Virus record (IMG/VR): IMGVR_UViG_3300020468_000041
Span: 1 to 30,763 of that record
Origin: a virus
Taxonomy: Duplodnaviria > Caudoviricetes
Length of the DNA: 30,763 nucleotides
Strand: one strand, 5' to 3'
The position numbers and the translations under genes are program-made. The notes under the pieces were generated by a model. The model worked only from the letters and a program-made list of their open reading frames with translations. It was not told where the DNA came from and did no database searches. Each line of letters starts with the position of its first letter. Within the stretch, counting starts at the first letter, position 1. Below are positions 27,124 through 30,763 of the stretch, piece after piece.

Positions 27124-28405
27124 ACTCCCCGTCCGCCATACGTGGCAATTTGTTTAAGTTTTTATTAACACGGTCCCTGATTCCTAGCGCTAGATACCTA
27201 AAAGCATCAGCGGGATGTGATGTCCAGTCATGCAGCGGCCTATCTCTAAAGGTATTATTTTTGTCGTCAAAGTCTTTTCTGTATTGTCTAAGTGCTTCAA
27301 TTAATCTTTCACACTTAACTCCGTCCATATAACAACGGGGTAAAATACTACGTACAGCTTCTATACCATCATCTATTCTTAATTGTGGTACGACACGGAA
27401 TCTTATACCAAGCTCGCGTGCTACCTCTATACGAGACTTACCTGTACTAAAGTCTCTGACCTGAATATCGTGGGGCGCGATGTGATCGCCGTAGACGTAC
27501 TCTTTTTCACGTACGACCTTTATGTAATGAGCTAGCCCCTCTCCCTCATTCTCATAATAGTCAATAATCCTAATTTCATTGTGATGCATCTGAAAGAATA
27601 TAATCACAGTGGAATCACCTACACCTAAGTCCCAAGCTGTATGTACATCAAGCGTGGGTTCGTACGGGACTTTATCTAGATGATTATCGGCTAACAGACG
27701 AGCCATCGCGTTACCGTAGTATGATCCAACTAATGGTGCATCAAAACTACAAAAGAATTCTTGTTGTATCATTTCCTCAGGCATTCCCGAAGCACGCTCT
27801 TCGTCAATTGCTTCTATAGGTATAGCCCTAGTATCTTCAACAGATAATACTTGCTGGAACCAAGTTTCATTTTTCTTAGCTACATTTAATAGATCATATC
27901 CGTGATTTCTACCTCTAGCGGTATAAATGAACATTGCCCATCCACCGTTCTCTGCCAAGATGGGACGAATATAATCCCAGGCTCTTGGATCTTGTAAGGC
28001 ATATTCAGAAAATACCACTCCAACGGGATTTGCTCCAACGAGTCTATCGACGTTATCGGTACCCACCACTTGATAGATTGACCCATTTTTTAATGTTAAC
28101 CTCATTTCCGTATTATTTACTGCTTCATGCATTGGTTTTGGGAAATGATCTAAAAACTTACGGCCATCTCTAGTCATACCATCCCAGGCAATTTTACGCC
28201 CTTGGTTGTATGTTGGGAATAAATGCCAGTATAAACCGGGACGCGTTAACGCAGAGACTGCACACCAGTTAATGCTGCACAAGTCTTTACCTGCACGACG
28301 ATGCCAAACGCACACAGCTCTTTTGCCGCCGTTCTCCATAAACTTCCACATTGGCATTTGATAAGGCCGTGGCCGCCAATTACTCGGTACTTGTATCTGA
28401 CTCAT
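27101..28405 (-). CDS. terL: terminase large subunit
   Basis: PRPYQ, Walker A WHRRAGKD, Walker B VVFSEY, QEFFCSF, nuclease AWDLG and HDWTSHPADAFRY. Confidence 0.93.
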   Translation of the reverse strand: MSQIQVPSNWRPRPYQMPMWKFMENGGKRAVCVWHRRAGKDLCSINWCAVSALTRPGLYWHLFPTYNQGRKIAWDGMTRDGRKFLDHFPKPMHEAVNNTEMRLTLKNGSIYQVVGTDNVDRLVGANPVGVVFSEYALQDPRAWDYIRPILAENGGWAMFIYTARGRNHGYDLLNVAKKNETWFQQVLSVEDTRAIPIEAIDEERASGMPEEMIQQEFFCSFDAPLVGSYYGNAMARLLADNHLDKVPYEPTLDVHTAWDLGVGDSTVIIFFQMHHNEIRIIDYYENEGEGLAHYIKVVREKEYVYGDHIAPHDIQVRDFSTGKSRIEVARELGIRFRVVPQLRIDDGIEAVRSILPRCYMDGVKCERLIEALRQYRKDFDDKNNTFRDRPLHDWTSHPADAFRYLALGIRDRVNKNLNKLPRMADGEYAIFGNY

Positions 28406-28682
28406 CTAGATCCGCAAACTTTACAACTTGAATATTTACTGCACCATCAACTGTGGCGTCAATGTCGATTGCTTTACGCTTTGGAGCTACGTATTGTGCA
28501 AGCTCTTTCATTGCCTGCAGCCTTAAGCCGTGATCAAGTGACGTGTCGTTCATGATCATAGCCATACCCTCGATCGGGTCACAGTTTAGCTCTTCTAGCT
28601 TATCAGCTATAGCTTGTGATCGTTTGTTTGTAGCACCAGGTGGTCGTCCTGCACCTTCTCTAGCGCCGCCTTTACTTGACAT
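28380..28682 (-). CDS. terminase small subunit-like protein
   Basis: Start reassigned to MSSKGGAREGAGRPPG at 28682 (GGAG RBS); RLQAMKELAQYVAPKRKA; overlaps the terL start. Confidence 0.7.
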   Translation of the reverse strand: MSSKGGAREGAGRPPGATNKRSQAIADKLEELNCDPIEGMAMIMNDTSLDHGLRLQAMKELAQYVAPKRKAIDIDATVDGAVNIQVVKFADLDESDTSTE

Positions 28683-28751
28683 ACATATATCTCCGTAAAA
28701 TTTATATATAGATCTTACTGTAAAAGTATGTTCCTGTAAACCCAATGTTAC

Positions 28752-28774
28752 TTATTGGCATATTGTATTTATTG
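28752..28774 (-). repeat. left copy of a 23-bp inverted repeat
   Basis: TTATTGGCATATTGTATTTATTG, the exact reverse complement of 30227-30249. Confidence 0.9.
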
Positions 28775-28977
28775 GTAACTTCAGCTATATTACTTTTTAT
28801 TTCTAATTATTTCCTATATATGATCAATATAACGTGTCGGATAAACCCCGATTGTAAATATTGCCCCCGCAGATCGACTGAATAGGCGCTCTATGACCTC
28901 CGGCCTGGCTCCGGCGCCCCCGGGCCCTGGTCCTGGGACCGTGTCTGTATTAGTTCTTGTTTGAAAATATGTAACAT

Positions 28978-28990
28978 TATCAATAACTTA
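28978..28990 (+). promoter_or_regulatory. putative IHF binding site
   Basis: TATCAATAACTTA matches WATCAANNNNTTR exactly, with AT-rich DNA upstream. Confidence 0.55.
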
Positions 28991-29114
28991 GGGCTATTGT
29001 GCGCAGAAACAGGGCGATGTCTGCATAAATCGCGGCGTTCGGCCCAAGATCCGTGCTGACAGGGAGAGGTTAGGGATTATTGATTAATATTGATATAATA
29101 TCAGAGCACAACTG

Positions 29115-29161
29115 GTACAATATGTAGTGATATTGCTGCAGCATGATACAACATGTGGTGA
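29115..29161. promoter_or_regulatory. tandem NrdR-box-like operators
   Basis: GTACAATATGTAGTGA (29115-29130) and ATACAACATGTGGTGA (29146-29161) versus consensus acaCwAtATaTwGtgt; 31-bp period. Confidence 0.7.
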
Positions 29162-29171
29162 TGTCAGTGAA
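29143..29171 (-). promoter_or_regulatory. putative sigma70-type promoter facing the terminase operon
   Basis: TTCACT (29171-29166), 17-bp spacer, TATCAT (29148-29143). Confidence 0.45.
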
Positions 29172-29179
29172 TGGATAAT

Positions 29180-29213
29180 AAAAAAGCTCGATCATCGTTA
29201 GACAATCGAGCTT
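29180..29213 (-). terminator. Rho-independent terminator
   Basis: AAGCTCGAT...ATCGAGCTT stem running into a T-tract, just after the 29232-29369 gene. Confidence 0.75.
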
Positions 29214-29231
29214 ATGTTAATATAAAATGTA

Positions 29232-29369
29232 TTAGTCGTCTTGTGTATCAGTATCGTCTTGTGGTAAACCAACTTGCTTAGCTAATTTATCCAAAGTCTC
29301 TTGACCACTTGATGATAAGCGATCATAATCCCAATACATAAGATCAACTAGCTTTTGAACTTCGTTCAT
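29232..29369 (-). CDS. 45-aa acidic hypothetical protein (absent from the ORF track)
   Basis: MNEVQKLVDLMYWDYDRLSSSGQETLDKLAKQVGLPQDDTDTQDD; AAAGGAG RBS, its own promoter and its own terminator. Confidence 0.8.
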   Translation of the reverse strand: MNEVQKLVDLMYWDYDRLSSSGQETLDKLAKQVGLPQDDTDTQDD

Positions 29370-29394
29370 GCTATTCTCCTTTATGTGTTAATTA

Positions 29395-29423
29395 ATAGTA
29401 CGACGATAAAATATATTTGTAAA
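29395..29423 (-). promoter_or_regulatory. sigma70-type promoter
   Basis: TTTACA-N17-TACTAT with an AT-rich UP-like region. Confidence 0.65.
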
Positions 29424-29464
29424 TAGTTTTTTTAATTTATTTTGAAATTAATTTTATAAATGAT

Positions 29465-29493
29465 TGTACAATGTATTTTATATAGTATAGTAT
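29465..29493 (+). promoter_or_regulatory. sigma70-type early promoter
   Basis: TGTACA-N17-TAGTAT, divergent from the 29395-29423 promoter. Confidence 0.55.
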
Positions 29494-29522
29494 GGGCTCA
29501 TACAAATAATAAAGGAGAATAT

Positions 29523-29648
29523 ATGTATATAAAAGTAACCTACCCGGATGGGGAGGTCGAGTACTGGCCTGGCTGGAATGCCAAAGAAGTATTACGGCTT
29601 CAAAAAATCCATAATAATAAAATTGTATTTACGTACATAAAAATATAA
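29523..29648 (+). CDS. 41-aa hypothetical early protein
   Basis: Start reassigned to MYIKVTYPDG, which follows an AAAGGAG RBS. Confidence 0.65.
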   Translation: MYIKVTYPDGEVEYWPGWNAKEVLRLQKIHNNKIVFTYIKI

Positions 29649-29670
29649 ACAACAACAAAGGAGGCTTGTA

Positions 29671-29943
29671 ATGAGCAATATTATACGCCTCAGCGATTAT
29701 GCCCATAAAAAGGCATATAAAGCTGAGATCGATGTGGCACACGATTGTCCCATCAACGACTTCATGGTCTGGGTCGAAAAATACGGGCTGAGCCAGCATT
29801 TAATTGCTGCCAATGGGCCGGGCGGAGGAAATCCTTGCTTTGAGATTACCCACCCGAACCGTGACACGCTTGCTGCAGCTTTGTCAGATTACCACGACGA
29901 GCCAGTATCAAGCAAATTTATCGACGACAACATTTACCAATAG
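29671..29943 (+). CDS. hypothetical early protein
   Basis: AAAGGAGG RBS; contains GPGGGNP. Confidence 0.75.
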   Translation: MSNIIRLSDYAHKKAYKAEIDVAHDCPINDFMVWVEKYGLSQHLIAANGPGGGNPCFEITHPNRDTLAAALSDYHDEPVSSKFIDDNIYQ

Positions 29944-29952
29944 GAGGAAAAT

Positions 29953-30126
29953 ATGGAAATGTATGATGAAATCAAGCCAAAAGCGTTTGCTTTTTTGGAT
30001 AATTTACGCGAAAGTGGCATTACTAACATGTTTGGTGCCACACCATACTTAGTCGACGAGTTCGACATCGACAAAAAGGCTGCAGCCGTGCTGCTGATGG
30101 CCTGGATGCAGCAATACGGCAAATAA
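29953..30126 (+). CDS. 57-aa hypothetical phage protein (absent from the ORF track)
   Basis: MEMYDEIKPKAFAFLDNLRESGITNMFGATPYLVDEFDIDKKAAAVLLMAWMQQYGK; AGGAGG RBS; terminator follows. Confidence 0.8.
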   Translation: MEMYDEIKPKAFAFLDNLRESGITNMFGATPYLVDEFDIDKKAAAVLLMAWMQQYGK

Positions 30127-30140
30127 TCTGTAGAGCGATC

Positions 30141-30174
30141 GGGTCTGCCAGTTTTATATTGGCAGGCCCTTTTT
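30141..30174 (+). terminator. Rho-independent terminator
   Basis: GGGTCTGCCAG-loop-TTGGCAGGCCC followed by TTTTT. Confidence 0.85.
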
Positions 30175-30226
30175 ATTACCTATATATAACTTTTTCAAAA
30201 TAAAAATATTTTCTAAGCCCCATTGT

Positions 30227-30249
30227 CAATAAATACAATATGCCAATAA
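30227..30249 (+). repeat. right copy of the 23-bp inverted repeat
   Basis: CAATAAATACAATATGCCAATAA. Confidence 0.9.
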
Positions 30250-30318
30250 TATTATGCTATACTCTATAAAACGGTCGGCTCATTTTGTATTGGCGTAAAA
30301 ATTAATTCCAATAAATAG

Positions 30319-30347
30319 TGTACATTATCGGATTTATGTTGTAGGGT
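30319..30347 (+). promoter_or_regulatory. possible promoter
   Basis: TGTACA-N17-TAGGGT; same -35 hexamer as the 29465 promoter; lies just upstream of an RBS. Confidence 0.4.
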
Positions 30348-30365
30348 GATAATCAGAAAGGAGAA

Positions 30366-30584
30366 ATGCTTATGTTAGTAAGTGAATTAATCGAGATTCT
30401 GCAGGGCCACGAGCCAGGTGCAGAAGTTAAAATTGCGACTAATCGTGCCAACCCATATATGAGTTCAGTACGCGGCGTCGTGAGTACAGGTAGTAGTTAC
30501 CTGTTTATTTGTCAGGACTATGACAGCACAGCTATGGAGACTGATCCATGGCAAGAGCTCGATGGTCCATATCCATATAAATAG
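30366..30584 (+). CDS. hypothetical early protein
   Basis: AAAGGAG RBS; begins M.VSELIEILQ...AEVKI. Confidence 0.75.
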   Translation: MLMLVSELIEILQGHEPGAEVKIATNRANPYMSSVRGVVSTGSSYLFICQDYDSTAMETDPWQELDGPYPYK

Positions 30585-30597
30585 AAAGGAGAATGGT

Positions 30598-30763
30598 ATG
30601 ACATCAATAGAAACAGCAAAAACAGCAATCGATTTAGGTATCGATGGTCTTAAACAGCACTCAATGGCTGAATTAAACGGCATGTACTGCAATATTGTCA
30701 AGGCACCACAGGCGCCAAAGTTTAGTGACAAGACTGCTGCAGCCAAGCGTATCCTCAAAATGG
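30598..30763 (+). CDS. hypothetical protein, 3'-truncated
   Basis: AAAGGAG RBS; MTSIETAK...KFSDKTAAAKRILKM, open to the window end. Confidence 0.7.
   Translation, partial: MTSIETAKTAIDLGIDGLKQHSMAELNGMYCNIVKAPQAPKFSDKTAAAKRILKM

Noticed and set aside
28000-28020. Terminase Walker B reads VVFSE rather than hhhhDE
   Set aside because: The catalytic Glu is retained and the other motifs are intact, so this is treated as a family variant rather than inactivation.
29804-30122. Track ORFs 29804..30052 (+) and 29934..30122 (-), and 30465..30758 (-)
   Set aside because: They overlap better-supported ORFs with strong RBS (29671, 29953, 30366, 30598).
28752-30249. IS/transposon or invertible element bounded by the 23-bp inverted repeats
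   Set aside because: No transposase or recombinase lies inside or nearby, and no target-site duplication is evident.

Overview
About 30.8 kb of a lytic-type dsDNA podovirus, probably marine. The head and tail module has a BPP-1/T7-like layout. No integrase, RNA gene or CRISPR array is visible. From left to right: (1) the end of a + strand replication arm (partial gene, SF1 UvrD-like helicase, SNF2-like helicase); (2) a convergent ~25 kb - strand late operon, read right to left as TerS, TerL, GNAT, small virion protein, portal, Bbp19-like, scaffold, five tiny basic ORFs, major capsid, decoration protein, tail tube A/B, GNAT-like, four internal virion/ejection proteins, tail fibre genes, lysis genes; (3) a non-coding control or terminal region; (4) small early-type genes. 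Most notable observations: (a) an ejection protein carrying an inserted degenerate-Nudix / HipA-like kinase / Arg-type ADP-ribosyltransferase cassette; (b) two NrdR-box matches 31 bp apart lying over a sigma70-like promoter that faces the terminase/late operon; (c) a perfect 23-bp inverted element pair ~1.45 kb apart that brackets a GC island and an IHF site; (d) a cluster of Lys-rich micro-ORFs sharing a KTK[ML][GT] motif; (e) a structured capsid mRNA leader; (f) a tail protein with a complete type-1 copper ligand set. All calls come from reading motifs by eye; no database searches were run.
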